A stretch of DNA of 64,000 bases from Lama guanicoe (GCA_013239625.1 MU053487.1:1259058-1323057); one strand, 5' to 3'; shown: positions 37,344-51,099, numbered from the stretch's first letter. Made by a program: numbers and translations. Notes: generated by a model from the sequence alone, not told the origin.

Positions 37344-39687
37344 TAAACAGTTTCTTCAGGTAGATACTTCATTCTGTCCATCTGTTTCTTAAACTTGCCT
37401 TCTGAATCTTTGCTGTTGGACTATTTCTGTGTCACCTGCTTGTAGTTAGATTCTTGAACTCCATCCCTACTCTTGGTCATCCTCAAAGTGAGTAGGGCAG
37501 AAAATCAGACATGAAGCAAATAAAGTAGTTCTCTGTCTCCATATTGTCTGTCTACCCTCAGAATTATATCGAGAGGAGATGGAACTGTGGTTATTCTATG
37601 CTTGTATCTGCAGGACAAGTGGGGTCCCGAAGCCTTGAGTTTCTGTCACTTTTTTTTGGCATCTGCTCAATGGGTTAATATTTGCAAGTCATATTAGCCA
37701 CTCTGGTTCTCATTCTCCTGGTAGAAAATTTTGATAATATTTCCTAATTTTCTGACAAAGCTATTATGGAGAGCAAATGGTCTGTGAAAGTGAGATTTTT
37801 TTTTTTTGCCTTGTAAAGCTCTATGTAAGGAAACATCAGCTACTATAATTATCATTATCATAGCCCTCCTCAGAGCAATCAGAGGCAACTGCTCATTGCT
37901 AATGAAAAAAACATTTGAAGCCACAATGAGTATAACACTCTCCCTGTGACAGGTGTGAACTTTCAACAACAAACTTAGATAAATGAGAAATTTGTATGTC
38001 TTTTTTTTCTTTAAATAAGTCTAGTTTGAATCTATGTCTCACCCCTTCAGATAGGCAGGATGTACGAAAGTACAAGGATTTAAGTCATGCATAATCACTG
38101 GAGCTGTCTCGTGATTGATTTCTCTCTGTTTACACCACTGGAATATCTGTTGTCCTGCCACGAGATAGGTCCGGGGATGTACTATTTCCTCATCAGGCTT
38201 GAAGCACAGGATTCTTTAAGAGACCTGAAAAGCAAAACACCTTGGGATCTAGCTGTCCTAGGTATCACGCAGTCATCCCCAAGAGGCCTTAACATCTCTG
38301 AGGGTGGTGCCCAAATCCTAGGTCAACTGCTAGCCCACTAACCTCCAAAACCTCCAAGATTTTCTGGGTGTTAGAGTTCTCTACCTCTCCAGACTTCTCA
38401 AGGACAGCACCTTCAATTCCCTCCCCATCCAGAGCCCCTATCATCGTTTCTTTAAAGTATTCTGCCACTTTGAATCACATTCTGTTTTGATTTGTAAAGA
38501 AAGAAAATAAAAAGAAAATGACTACTTTTCCTGGGATGATGGAAGCAAACAATACAGGGAAGACAAAATTAAAATGTCAGTAACTATATGTGTAATTGAT
38601 GGTTCAGGTATAAGTGGTTAAAAACACCAAATAAGTTTGCCTGACTTTCATCCTGATTTGCAGAAAGTGACTAAACAAGCAGTTGACTAGATGATGAGCT
38701 CTCTGGTTACTATACCAGATTTTCCAGATTTTCTCTGCCATAAAAAAAGAAGTTAGTGAGTTTAGTCTTGTAGATGAGAAAGTTCAGAATGGAAGATTCA
38801 GAGAATCAGAGAGAGAAGGGGGAGGGAGAGAGAGAAGATGAAGGTCAGTAAACATGTAGAGAAAATTGGTTAGAAAATTGGCCTCACGGAAGAAAGCTGC
38901 CCTCCACACCCGGACTTGGGGCACAGCCGTGCGCTGCAGTCTCGGAAGGGAGTGCGGTAAAGGACTTGGGCGCCCCTGGTGGCCAGATCCATGCAGTCTG
39001 CCTTTTTTCTGTATTCTTAGCCCAGAAATCCCCATCTGGAGGTTTCCTTACGGCGAGAAATTTGGAAGACACGTGTGTGCACTCTGACTCAGTCAGTAGT
39101 CAGTGCATTTCCACTCTGAGCCCTCCCCTGTGTCCCTCTCCCAGGACCCAGGATAGGACCATGATCCTTCTTTAGCCACTGACTCTGCAACTGAGCTTGC
39201 CTGGGGAGTAAGATTGGATCCACCAGAGGAGTTTCAGAGCTCTTGGAGAGTGTGGGCTAATTCTGTGCTGGTTTAAATGCAGAGTCATATTCTCTTGGTC
39301 TCTGTAAAAGTAGGAAACTTTTTTACAATTTTTTTCTTTTCCATTTTCTGTATAATCATGAATGCACAACTCAGTTGCCGATTCCAAATAATTTCATTAA
39401 TGGTAAAGATCTGTATCTAGAACCTCTTGTTTCGTTCTTTGGGTGTTTTGAGATGTTTAGATTTTCTTTCTGACATTCTTTTTGATTTTTTTTTCTTTAT
39501 GGCTTCATTTTAGTCTTTGCATTATAGCTTTGTTATTTAGTAGAACTTTCAATTAATCTTTTGCTTTCTGGGATTCTTTCCTTATTAAAAAAAATAATAT
39601 TTTAGTATAAAACATTCAACTAATTTCCATCCATGCCTTAACACATTTTGTATATGTTTTCTTCTCTGGTGTGTATCATATGCTTTT

Positions 39688-40651
39688 GTTCTTGTCTTTT
39701 CCTTTTGTTTTACTAAGATAAAATTCATATGTCATAAATTAACCACTTTGAAGTAGACAATTTAGTGGCATTTAATACATTTACAGTCTTGTGCCACTGC
39801 CACTCCATATAGTTCTAAAATATTTTCATTAGCCCAAAAGAAAACACTGTACCCATTAAATAGTCCATCCTCATGCATTATGTGACCTTCTGTGTCCAGC
39901 TTCTTTCACTGAACATAATGTCTTTGTGGTTTATTCGCATTGTAGCATATATCATTACTTCTTTTCTATTTATAGCTGATTAATATTCCATTGTATGAAC
40001 ATACCACAACTGGTTTATCCATTCTTCCACTGATAGACATTTGGCTATTGTGAACAGTGCTCCTTTAACGTATGGGTGCATGTATTCATTTGAGTTACCT
40101 GTTTTCATTTCTTTGGGGCATATACTGAAGAGTGGAATTGCTGGGTCAAATGGTGACTCTACGCTTAACTTTTTAAGAAGCTGCCAAACTGTTTTCCAGA
40201 GCAGCTGCACCATTTACATTCCTATCAGCAATATATGAGGTTTCTAATTTCTCCATATCTTCACAAACACTTGTTGTTTTATGTTTTTCCTATTATCACC
40301 ATTCTGGTCAGTCTAAACAGGTATCTCATTGTGGTTTTGATTTGCGTTTATCTAATGACTAATGACTTTGAGCATCTTTTCCTGTGCTTGTTGTCAATTT
40401 GTATATCTTCTTTGAAGAAATGTCTTTGATTCAAGCTCCCCCCCCACTTTTAAATTGGGTTCTATGTCTTTTTGTTGTTGTGTTGTAAGTGTTCTTTAAG
40501 TATTCTAGATGCTGATCTCTTCAGATATATATTTTGCAAGTAGTTCTTACATTCTGTAGGTTGTCTTTTCACTTTCCTGGTAATATGCTTTGATGCACAA
40601 GGTTTTAAATTTTGATGTAGTCTAATTTATCTATTTTATCCTTTGTTGCTC
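39688..40651 (-). mobile_element. L1MB-like element with perfect 14-bp TSD
   Basis: ORF 39980-40213 MVQLLWKTVWQLLKKL..DPAIPL..WYVHTMEY is L1 ORF2; TATCATATGCTTTT at 39674-39687 and 40652-40665; host sequence looks like an older L1/HAL1-type element. Confidence 0.9.
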
Positions 40652-41294
40652 TATCATATGCTTTTTTGCACCATCATTTACTTGGTCTCCTGGTACCACA
40701 TTGCCATACTTCAGAACAACAGTCTGAGAAGTCTTTTTGTGTTTTCGCCTTTAAAAACGTTTTCATTTCTTTTCCTTCCCTTTAAACAGCTGCCACATTT
40801 GTTTTAGTATGTTTTCCAGCTTACCTTTCCCACCTATGCTGTATCTTTTTATCGTTTTGTTTTAATCATTATCCTCTTGTTATTTTTATCTAACCAAGAT
40901 TCATATAATTTTTTTTTCTTTTTTAACTCTTTGGAAGAATACCTTACTCACGTGTGGTATTTTAAAGCTCTGTGCTGTGAAATAGTTCATGGTGGGAAAC
41001 TAAATCAACACAAATTTAAAGAAGACCTTAAACTTAACTTCCTCTTGCCCATGGCTGTGGTTTTTCTCCCCTTCTTCATGACTTGAGATGACTTTCCTGA
41101 AACTGGATGAAGGAAGCAGGGACAGTGAGGAGGAAGGGAAGAAGGCAGCAAGGTAGATAGCCCATTTCCAGCAACGTGCTATCCAAAGGACTCTAACCAG
41201 TAGATCCAAAAGCACTGAATTTATGACCATGTCCTTGGAATCTGAATTTAATTTTTAAAATACATTAGGTCAGCTAATTAGTTTAGAAGGACAG

Positions 41295-41530
41295 AAGGCA
41301 GCATGGGACTATAATAGAATGAATGGACATTTAAGCTAGAGCCGGCTCTGCTCCTTCAGAACCTGTGCCCCGCCACACACACTCTTTCCTAACTTTTCCA
41401 TTCCTCAGGTCTTTCAGCTGCATGTTTCCTTTTTTCCCTCAACTATGGCATTTTATAAGGGCACAATAACATAATAATTATAAAGTTCTGCATGTAGGGG
41501 ATGTTCATCAAATGTTAATGCCATTTTATT
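41295..41530 (+). mobile_element. MIR SINE
   Basis: GGCAGCATGGGACTATAATAGAA...CCGGCTCTGCTCCTT...CATCAAATGTTAATG. Confidence 0.55.
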
Positions 41531-44136
41531 ACTTTATGATTCTTATTGCAAAGGGAAACAGCAGTGTATAATGAGATCATTATATTATTGAGGTCAGAAA
41601 TTTAGGTTCGGTTTCCCTAAGATTCAACTGTAGAACATTGTAACTGAGTATACTTCACTTTAAAAAAAAAATAAAAAAACTTCTCAATACAAGATGTCTA
41701 AGTCATTGAAAACTACAGAGAAGCACAGGGTAACCTAGAAAAACAGCATGTTTACGTGGCATAACCTCATAAATTCCCTTCATTATCTCAAAGCTACTTC
41801 CTCCCCACTTGAACTCCAGTTTCCGAAGAGAACCTAGAAGCATTTCTAAAAAACAGAATTAAGAAAGAGAACACTCTTAGAACTCACACTAAGTTATATG
41901 AGACAAGGAAACAAGCACAGCACGACAAGCGCTATCACAGGGGGAAATTAAAGGTGGCTGGTATCATAAAATATTCAAATGTGGTTTAATCAGAAGTGAG
42001 ATATGTAAGCGAACTTAATTAGAAATACATATTATTATTTGACTTTAAAGTATAAAATGAAAAATTAAAGCAATCTTACAGGATATGTAATCAGTGAGGA
42101 GTAATATGTTAGAAAATGAGTCTGATGATGTAATTGGTGTGTGCAATTGAAATTAATTAATTTTAGTTAGCATACATGCATGCCCATATGAAATCAACAA
42201 ATTTTAAATATTAAACCCATAATTATAGTGACACTGGTATGCTGCTACGAAGAAGTGAGAATCTGCTCTATGACACGTAGTCACCCTTAGCTATAATGTG
42301 CTGCTTCTGATCAAATCAGGACGGTATTCTGTCTACAGATGTTTGGGCGATTATGATTATATGAAGGGCACCCACTCCTAAATTTTGTTTAATTAAAATT
42401 CAAGTGATGTTTTCCTGTGTCACATTTTCTTTTCTATCACACCTTAAATGAAAAAAGGGACTTAATTTTAATTAACACATCACTGCAGGTACTCTAATAT
42501 TAATGTTCACTAAGCCCTTTATAAGATTCATTAACAACTATTTTGTGATGAAAGGACCCTGGAGGCAGGTGTAAAGTTCGGAGGCTATTTTTAGTGATTT
42601 CACTATTGATTTTACAAAATTCTGAAGACAGAAGTACAATGCTTTAGGATTTCATAGGAAGGAGTGAAGTCAGTCTGGTAAGGAGAGAGAGAGGGAGAGA
42701 AAGAAAGTATCTATGGATCTGTCCCTCCCTCCTATATCTGTCTCTCTGTACATACAGAAGGAAAGAGAGAGCACCCAAAGCACTGTCTGACTGGAGGTTA
42801 ATATTGGTAGATGCCAATGAAGTTGTCAAATGGGCCAGCCATGCAGAGTGGGATGACAATCATGATAAATTGGGATAAAATTTGGTCCTATTACTTAAAA
42901 CTGACTCCAGATCTGTAGATTACACAAAGGAAGATGAATTCATATATCCCCAGACTTTAAAAGAGGTGTTTCTGCCATGCATGTTAATCTGTCCCTAACC
43001 AACACCAGTCCATAAGGCAGTCTGAACTTACTAGGTTATTCATCTGCACCCTTCTTTTGTGCTGCTGTCTACCTCTGCCATCCACTACATCTTTGCTTCT
43101 GAAATATTCTCCTTCTTACTCGACTCCATCTGCTTGGAGCCTCCATTCAGGCTATTTCGGCCTTTAGTCCAGTGGTAAAACTTGGTACATGCAACTGATG
43201 CTCCAGGACCATGCTCTTGTATTGTGAAGGATTGGACAGAAACTTCTCTCCAAAGATGTACTCATGACATATTCCATCAACTTCAGCAATGTCTCTCCTT
43301 ATCACAGCATATCAGAAGGTTACCAGGAAAATGGGAAAGTATAAAATGGAAGAGGAGAAAACAAGGAGGGGGGAGGAAGTCAGAGAGAGACAGTAGGGTT
43401 AGTGGGGTCTTCTCAAATACATTTTTTGTCTTCAAGAGTAGATTGATGAATACTAAGAGGCGTCAGCTGAATCTCGCAGCTGCTTGGTAATCAGCCTCTA
43501 AGGCGACATTCAGGATCTGGCCCGGGGTCACTGACTTTCTTTTCACTTATGAGCTATTCCCAACACCAAATAGAGGAGAAAAGGGAGAAAAAGACACTCA
43601 CTTTGTACTATGCCCTAGGCAACAGCCCACTTTTCTGTGGACCACCACAATTCCGCTGCTCGGATGGTGAATGAACAGTTTGTGTTTTGTGAAAAGAGGT
43701 TTTTATTTATCATGAAGTAGTAGTTCTGCTGGACTTTCTGTTGATGTGTACTTTTAGCAGTTACCGTCTAGCTGACTCAGTCCATTTGGATCTCTCTACA
43801 TCTTGGACATGGCTCTTCCTCATGAATTTGGAAGACTGTTGCGGCCTCAGTGTCTTCCTTCACTTCAAGTAAGGAATGTCTGTTCAGAATCCCTGAGTTT
43901 CTGTAACTCACTTCCCATTTATCTGGTGAGGGAAAGGACTTGGACCACACAGTTTTACGAAAGACAGTAACAACAGCAACAACAACAAAAAACAACAGAA
44001 TGGTTTTCTGGACACGTTACTCAAAGGCAAAGCACAGGGGTATTGCTAGTGTTTCTCTGGGATGCGTGGTTGTCTGAAATAACAATGGTCTGAAATAAAC
44101 AGAGAAACCATCTCCTTGGAACTTTATTTGTGACAT

Positions 44137-44250
44137 TATAATACCAGGTTTCTCCAGAGAAACAGAGCCAATAGAATTGAATATATGTGTGTTTGTGTAT
44201 GTAGATGCTATGATATATACATATAAATAGAGCTGTAGATACAGGTGTAG
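44137..44250 (-). mobile_element. MLT2 (ERVL) LTR 3' end fragment
   Basis: CAGGTTTCTCCAGAGAAACAGAGCCAATAG followed by a (TG/TA)-rich tract. Confidence 0.75.
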
Positions 44251-44254
44251 ATGC

Positions 44255-45480
44255 TGTCAAAATCCCAGCAAGATTTCTTTTCAAATATAGCCAAGATTTA
44301 TTCTAAAACTGAAATGGAAACGTAAAGGAACTGGAATAGCAAAAGTTCTGAAAATGAAGAACAAAGTGGGAGGAATTACACTGCCTGATTTCACAACCCG
44401 TTATGGGATGCAGGAATCAAGATTGTGTGGTCGGGGGAATTGACACCTTGATCAATGGAAAAGAACAGAGAACCCAAAATAGCTTCACACAAGTACGTAT
44501 AACTGCTTTGTCTTTTAAAAGCTTCATTGAGATACAGTGCACAACTCAGCAATCCACACATTTGAAGGTGCAGTACTATGTTTTTAATATATTCCTAGAG
44601 ATGTGAAACAATCACCACAATCTATTTTAGAACATTTTAATCATCTCAAAAAGAAACCTTGTACCCTTTAGCTGTCACCTCGTACATTCCACAGACACCC
44701 ACTCCCATCCCTAAGCAACCACTAGTCTACTTTGTCTCTATAGATTTTCCTGTTTTGAACACTTTACATCAATGAAATGTGATATTTTGTGACTGGTGTA
44801 TTTCACTTAACATAATGTTTTCAAGATTTATCCATGTTGTAACATGTATCAGTGTTTTAATTTTTTATGATCAAATAATACTCCATGGTATGTATATACC
44901 ACATTTTGTCTACCTAATCATCAGTTAATGGACATTTGATAAAGTTTCCAAAACAATTCAAGGTGGAAATGATAGTCTCATCAATGAAGGTGCTGAAACT
45001 ATTGGATATCCATAGCCAAAAGTAATAAACCTCATTCCAAACTTTACAACTGGTATACAAATTAACTCAAATTTTAGGTTTAAATATAAAATATAAAACT
45101 ATAAAACTTTTTGAAGAAAACACAGGAGAAAAATATTCATGATATAGGGCGTGGTGAAATATTGTTAGACATGACACCGAAAGCATAATCCATAAAAGAA
45201 AACTTGGTAAATTGGACTTCATAAAGATTAAAACCTTTTCTCTGCAAAAGGCCCTATAAGGTGATGAAAAATACGACAGAGACAGAGAAAATATATAGAC
45301 ACCACATATCTGACAAATAACTCCTATCTAAACTATATAAAGGATTCTCAGAAGTTACTAAAAATAGGAATAAACTATAAACAAAAATAAACAATTAAAA
45401 ATGAATAAAAGACATAGACATTTAATGGAATAAGATACACAGCTGGTAAAAAGTATATAAAAAGATGTTTAACTTTATCA
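44255..45480 (+). mobile_element. Old L1 ORF2 fragment interrupted by an antisense L1
   Basis: GAAGAACAAAGTGGGAGGAATTACACTGCCTGATTTCA...; GACATGACACCGAAAGCATAATCCATAAAAGAA...ATTGGACTTCAT. Confidence 0.85.
44505..44938 (-). mobile_element. L1MB/MA-like 3' end nested in the L1 above
   Basis: AGCTTCATTGAGATACAGTGCACA...CATCAGTTAATGGACATTTG. Confidence 0.85.
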
Positions 45481-48410
45481 GGCAACTTCTGATTTAGACA
45501 GTTGCTTTCTCCCATCTTTATAAACAGTAAAAATTAGACATAAGCTTAATTTATAGCATATATACACCATCAGAATTACCAAAAATATTTCTAAAACCAT
45601 TTGATACTATTTCTCTAAGTGATTGTTTTCTGTGGAGAGAACAAAAGTGAGATTTCATGGTGAAGACAGTCCCGCATAAACCCGGCCAGGTGGTCTTCAC
45701 TTTACACTTTGCTTCCGTGATGTGTGTTCTCCACCTAGTTGTCTGGTTTATTTTATCAAGTGAGGGAGAAAATGCTGGCTAACGAACCTACAATTCATTA
45801 GAATAATACAATATTTGGTAAGAGAGTTGACTCCTACCTAGAAGTTTTATAAAGTCTCTCATGTTGTATCTTTTAAACTAACATTTCAGTCATTCCAGAA
45901 ATATTCTAATGGCCAGTACGAGTGCTTTCATTCTGAGGTCAAGATTAAGAACCATGCAACCACTGTTGTTGGGGCTGACTTGTAGTTTTATAACTGAGAT
46001 TGCCTAAACTCACCAGTGCTCCTGGACAGCCAGGAAGTGGCATTCCTTACCTCTGTGAAGATGGCACTCATCATAAATCAGGTCCTATCCTGCTTTCCTG
46101 AAAGGGCTCCCTAGTTATTGTTTCCAAGATATACTGTTATTTAAACAGAATCTATCTTTGAATCTTTCATTTTGACATGATCATGATTATAAATAAGATT
46201 ACTAACTTAGATGTAAAATAAACAATACCCTACATAACTTACATATATTATAAAAGCATACCTCTTAGGGTTATCTTTTCAACCAGGCAGCAAAAAAATT
46301 ATCATGATTATGATTTTTTTCATTTGTTTTATTTTTTCTTGTTGTTAATTAATATCTAAACATACAGGTTTATAAAACATCTGGGCTTAAATCGGTTTTG
46401 CCCAGGAAAATAAACAAACTTACATTCCTCCGGAGAGAATGATGACCCTTGTTAAATGCATTAAAAGTTGTAATATAATATTCAAGAGTCACATAATTAC
46501 CATTTTGCCTTTTTTCCAATTTATCCTGAACACAGTCCCTAAACAGTACAAATTTTTGTGTTTTTGACATTTATGTAAATGGTCCCTCCTGCATTTATTC
46601 TTGTATCTTGTTCTGCTCAATTTTGTGTTTCTGTCATCTGTGTAGTTGCTTAAGTGCCTGCATTTTTTAATTTCATTTGATTGCTGTATTGTATTCCATT
46701 ATGCAGATATAACATATTTCCCATTGTACTGGTGAACAAGTTTAGAGTTCTTTTGCTATGTAAATTTTTATATCCATATGTATGAGTTATCTATTGCTGC
46801 ATAACAAATGACCACTTTTGCCATATTCTATTGGGTGGAAGCAAGTAACTAGGCCAGCCTCCACTCCGGGGAGGGGGTGACGCAGGCCCACACATAACAA
46901 GAGATGGGTCTTTTAAGAGGCTGCCTAGTACAACATAGTATACCCATTTTTTTTAAATAAAGGGAATCTCACTTTACAAATGCCTCTGCAAGATTTAACG
47001 CCCGAACAATAGGAGCTCTGCAATAGAAACTTTGCCTAGCACTGAAAGCAAATAATCTCTAATCCTCTTAACTACCATGCAAGTATTATTAGGCTACTTT
47101 TAAAATTTAGGGAAGTATAGCTCAGCAGGGTTAAGTAATTTCCCTTTGGAAATTCTGCTACATGAGAGAGAACATATTGCATACTTCAGAACTGATGTTG
47201 TCAGCATGCTGTTTAAATATTATAATAATAATAAGCATTAGCGATTATGGAAAGCAAATATTGATGTTGCTCATCTTAATTATGTTGGTCACCCCCTGTC
47301 TCTCCCAAACGCAAGACACCATTGAATGACTTTCCTCTAGCCTTCATTCTAGAGCTATTCACAAGGGTAAAATTTGATAGTGTAACCCCATTTCATATTA
47401 CCATACGTGAGTAATTCTATAACCTTTTGATTCTTTGAAATAGCAAAATATCAGCCTGGAACCTGTAATTCAATAATGTGTAGGTACTCCTGGCCAAGGA
47501 TAGTGCAGTTACATGATTTACTGCAAAGAGTAATACCACTAGTTCTGTGTAGCATTGGGCCAATCTAGGTGCAAACTAACTGGCAGTAAATCCTATCAGA
47601 CACCTAGACAAAAAGGTACATTTTGTCTCATAATGTTTTAAAAGTAAGAGAAATCTCCCATTTTCTCCCTATTTGTCATTGTTTTTGCTTTTTGTTTTAA
47701 GTGATGGTTCCTCTTCTTAGCATATTCTTTAAAAGATGGCATGAATGAATCTGGAATTGACAGCCACGTCTGGCATTATCCATCTTATTACATTCCTGAT
47801 TGAAGGCCACAAAAGATTATATGTAGATTTCATGATGCATAAATATATATTTTGGAGAACATTTTTTTCAGCTCTCAGCCTCCCTTCCTTGAACAATTTT
47901 AATAGCCTCCTAGCTGTACTGTTTCATTTTCACTCTTATTCCGCCAATGTTTAACTTACTTATTATTGAATATTTATTAACCTTCTAGGTGCTTGCTTCC
48001 AGAAATTTGTTTAATATGCATATCTAATCATATCATTTCTCTGCTTGGTTCTTTATTATCTTCAGGACATAGTCCCAAGACTACAATAGAGGGCATCAGG
48101 CCTGCCTGCCCAGCCCCGCCTGCTACGTAGACATGTAAAAAAATCAGAGCACACCAAACAACTTTTCCACTTCAGCTACGCCATCCCATTTCACTCCATC
48201 ATATTTTCCACTGACATTTGCTTTTCTTCCCTTGACACATACCAATTTTTTTTATTGTATTTTAAACCTCAGACAGATTTTTACTTCCTTTCTATGTTTT
48301 CCCATACCGTTTTGTATGTTACTCTATTAACACTTTTTAAACTGTTCAATTTTTGCCTATTTTTATAACATGAATAATCATGAACATAATCCCACCACAA
48401 AAGATTAAAA

Positions 48411-50620
48411 CAGCATGTGTAAGTCAGGGTCACAACCCAGGGGATTTACTGGAGCACCCATTAAGAACATTAAAGTTCCATAGGTCTCCACATAAATCAC
48501 CTCAGTTCCAACACAATCTTTCTTGCATCCATTGTGCAGCAGTAATGTAACTTCCCTTTCACAATGGAACCTATCACCTCAGCCTTCCCCTGTGCTTTTC
48601 ACTTCATTAGCACAGGGAAACCAAATTGACAAATGAATACCTCAGATTATAATTGGGGGGCATGAATATGTTCTCTGATGAAACTATTCCTCTCATAGGA
48701 CCTAGGAAGTCTAAATTAGCCAAGGTCATGGTTTTAGGGACAAGAAAGAAAAATTCTGTAAGTGACTTCTTAGGTGTTTAGAACACTCCTATACCCATCC
48801 TAAATTCCTAGATTCCTGTATAGTATAGGGGAATGCCATCATATATTGGCCATTGGTTTAAAGATTATCTTACATTCTTTAAATTGTATCCCAATCCTTA
48901 TACGGTGGTATCTCTCAAGCAGTAGCACAGATCTTCCTGTAATAGGCCGTTTCAGCACTGTAGCAAGCCATTTGCCTTTGGATGATGGGACACGTGGTAG
49001 ACCAGTGAACACCAAAGGTATTAAGCCCAATGCCTACTTTCAGGTTAAGTGAAGTTCTCCACCATTGAAAAACGCTGTGTGGTACAATGGCAGAGAATGT
49101 CTTCCTGTCAAAGATGGGCTGGTGGAAAAATTGAGGACAAGGAAGACAGATTTGCATTCAGAATATGTATCTATTTCTATAGGGACAGACTTGCTTTTCT
49201 CCCCAAGATGGAAAAGGTCCAGTGTAATCAACCTGTCACTAGGTGGCCAGCTAATCCCCTCTGCCCATCAATTCTGGGAATGATGCCATCCCAGTGCTTG
49301 GATTTGACCTCTAATGTTGGCAATTTGCATCCTCAGTAGGCAGAGTAGTCAGATCAGCACTGGTGAGGGGGGTTTCATACTGTTTTGCCTTCATGGAACC
49401 TTTATGGCTGCCAAATGGTCACTTTGTTCATGAGTCCAGTAAGCAAAACCTGGGATAGCTGAGAAAAAGAGTTACTGACAGCCCCAGGGTAGGTCCCCTT
49501 GTCCACCTGCATATTGACAGCCTGAGTTACACACAGTGCAACCTGTAAGCATTTTCATGTTATGCAAATATATTCTCATTCTATTCCTATTCTGAGAGGA
49601 CCACCATGTACTTCTTCCCTAGATTTCCCAGGCACTTATTTCCCAGTTTTATTCAGTGACTGTGAAAACTCAAACCAGGCTTATCTCCCTTGATGTAGAG
49701 TTTATCTGATGATGTAAGTCAAGTAACATCATACTGAGCTTCCCAAGTATTTCATTCCTGTGGGCCCTGTGAGAAATTGGTCACTGTCATGTCCCTGAAA
49801 GTGGAAACACCTTGACTGTAACTCTGCCCCTGTGGTTTATGGAAGGAATTGCACTCACCTAGTTAGGAATGATTGTGGGCCACCACGTGGCACCTGCTAC
49901 TCCAGGATCATAGTTTTCTCACTAAAATAGGAAGCCCAGATTCATGATGCTGAAATGGGAGCCCAAATTCCTCCTTTCTCCTCTGATTAAAGAGACTACA
50001 CTAGGCAATCAACTGAAATAGAGGTTTTCAAGGATGCTACATTCCCTTCATGAAAGCATTTTTTTTTAATGATTTAATGAAGAAAGTTTCCTCTGAGTCC
50101 CCCTGGGGTGTAGGGTCTATTTCAACATTTCCATATCCCTCAATTTTCATGATTCATTCTTTCTTGTATTTCAGCGAAGTTCTGGAATCTCAATCTTGTT
50201 GAATTTAGTGCACCAGTGAACTCAAGCTTCAATATAGCAACCTTTTAATAAGAAAAGTTTCAGATCCACTCCTAAGTCATGAATCCCTGTACTTTGACCT
50301 CCTTTGTCTAAAACTTGTAGAATCTCATTTCCACCAATGTTCCCCAGATTCTTCCTAGAGCAGAATGTAATTATCCCCCAGGTTCACATAAGGATTTAGG
50401 TCACTTTATGGGCCAAAGGACAATAGAGGGTAATACATTTGGGTTCAGAGGTGAATCATCATCTCCTTGTGAAGAACTTGGCCCAGGAAAATGTCATAAG
50501 AATGTCTTCATGCAATGGGAGGCTAGTTTCCTCCTACGGTGGAAAGGAGCTGCTTTTGCTGGGAAAGGGAAATTGGAAGTTCAGGATTCTCAGTTTCATC
50601 TGTGTCTGTAGAAATATTCC
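48411..50620 (-). mobile_element. Decayed ERV-L internal region: gag (~49850-50600), RNase H remnant (~49550-49780), integrase (~48830-49500), dUTPase (~48500-48800)
   Basis: Reverse strand has HEQSDH (ERV-L integrase zinc-finger HEQSGH-like), IEIDTYSE (cf. TGIDTYSGY) and FGVHWS (cf. HGIHWSYH); dUTPase-like ..LLLHNG.. follows integrase as in ERV-L; gag-like GAATCTGGGGAACATTGGTGGAAATGAGATTCTACAAGTTTTAGACAAAGGAGG; all frames broken. Confidence 0.8.
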
Positions 50621-50701
50621 CATCCTAAATAACAGAGTCCCCATATATTCCTAACTTCATAAACTTAACTTTAGCATTAATCCTTGGCAAAGACAGTGGA
50701 A

Positions 50702-50774
<73 letters not shown>

Positions 50775-50809
50775 TAGACAGACCCACCCACCCAGCCATC
50801 CATCCATCC
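50702..50809. repeat. Compound tetranucleotide STR (ATAG)13(ACAG)5 ATAG ACAG (ACCC)3 AGCC (ATCC)3
   Basis: Read directly from the sequence. Confidence 0.97.
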
Positions 50810-51099
50810 ATGGAAATCTCTCTCTCTCCCTCTTTCTGTCTCTCAATTTAGAGAGAAGTTCCAAAGATCATTGAATGATAACGTACAATGCAGAACTATC
50901 AACATAATCATTTCATAGAGAAAGAAGTAGAATGGTATTTTGGATTAGAATAAGTGATAAAAATAAAACTAGGGAGGAAAGGCTTTTGGTGAAAAAATGA
51001 CAGGTGGGGGTCAGAAGTGGTTTGTGTTAGTAAGGTAATGGTCTTTTTAATTAGTTAATGATTAAATTATGTATATTCTATATCCCTTTTCCATTTTTT

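Noticed and set aside
46045..46105. 47-nt minus-strand exon candidate (TTTCAG|...GAG|GTAAGG)
   Set aside because: Short pyrimidine tract, stops in all three frames, isolated
49208..49240. MEKVQ peptide resembling the phospholamban N-terminus
   Set aside because: Similarity stops after five residues, and the sequence is the antisense of ERV-L integrase
49234..49250. CTCF-like TCACTAGGTGGCC inside the ERV-L
   Set aside because: Mismatched at the first core C and derived from integrase coding sequence; no independent support
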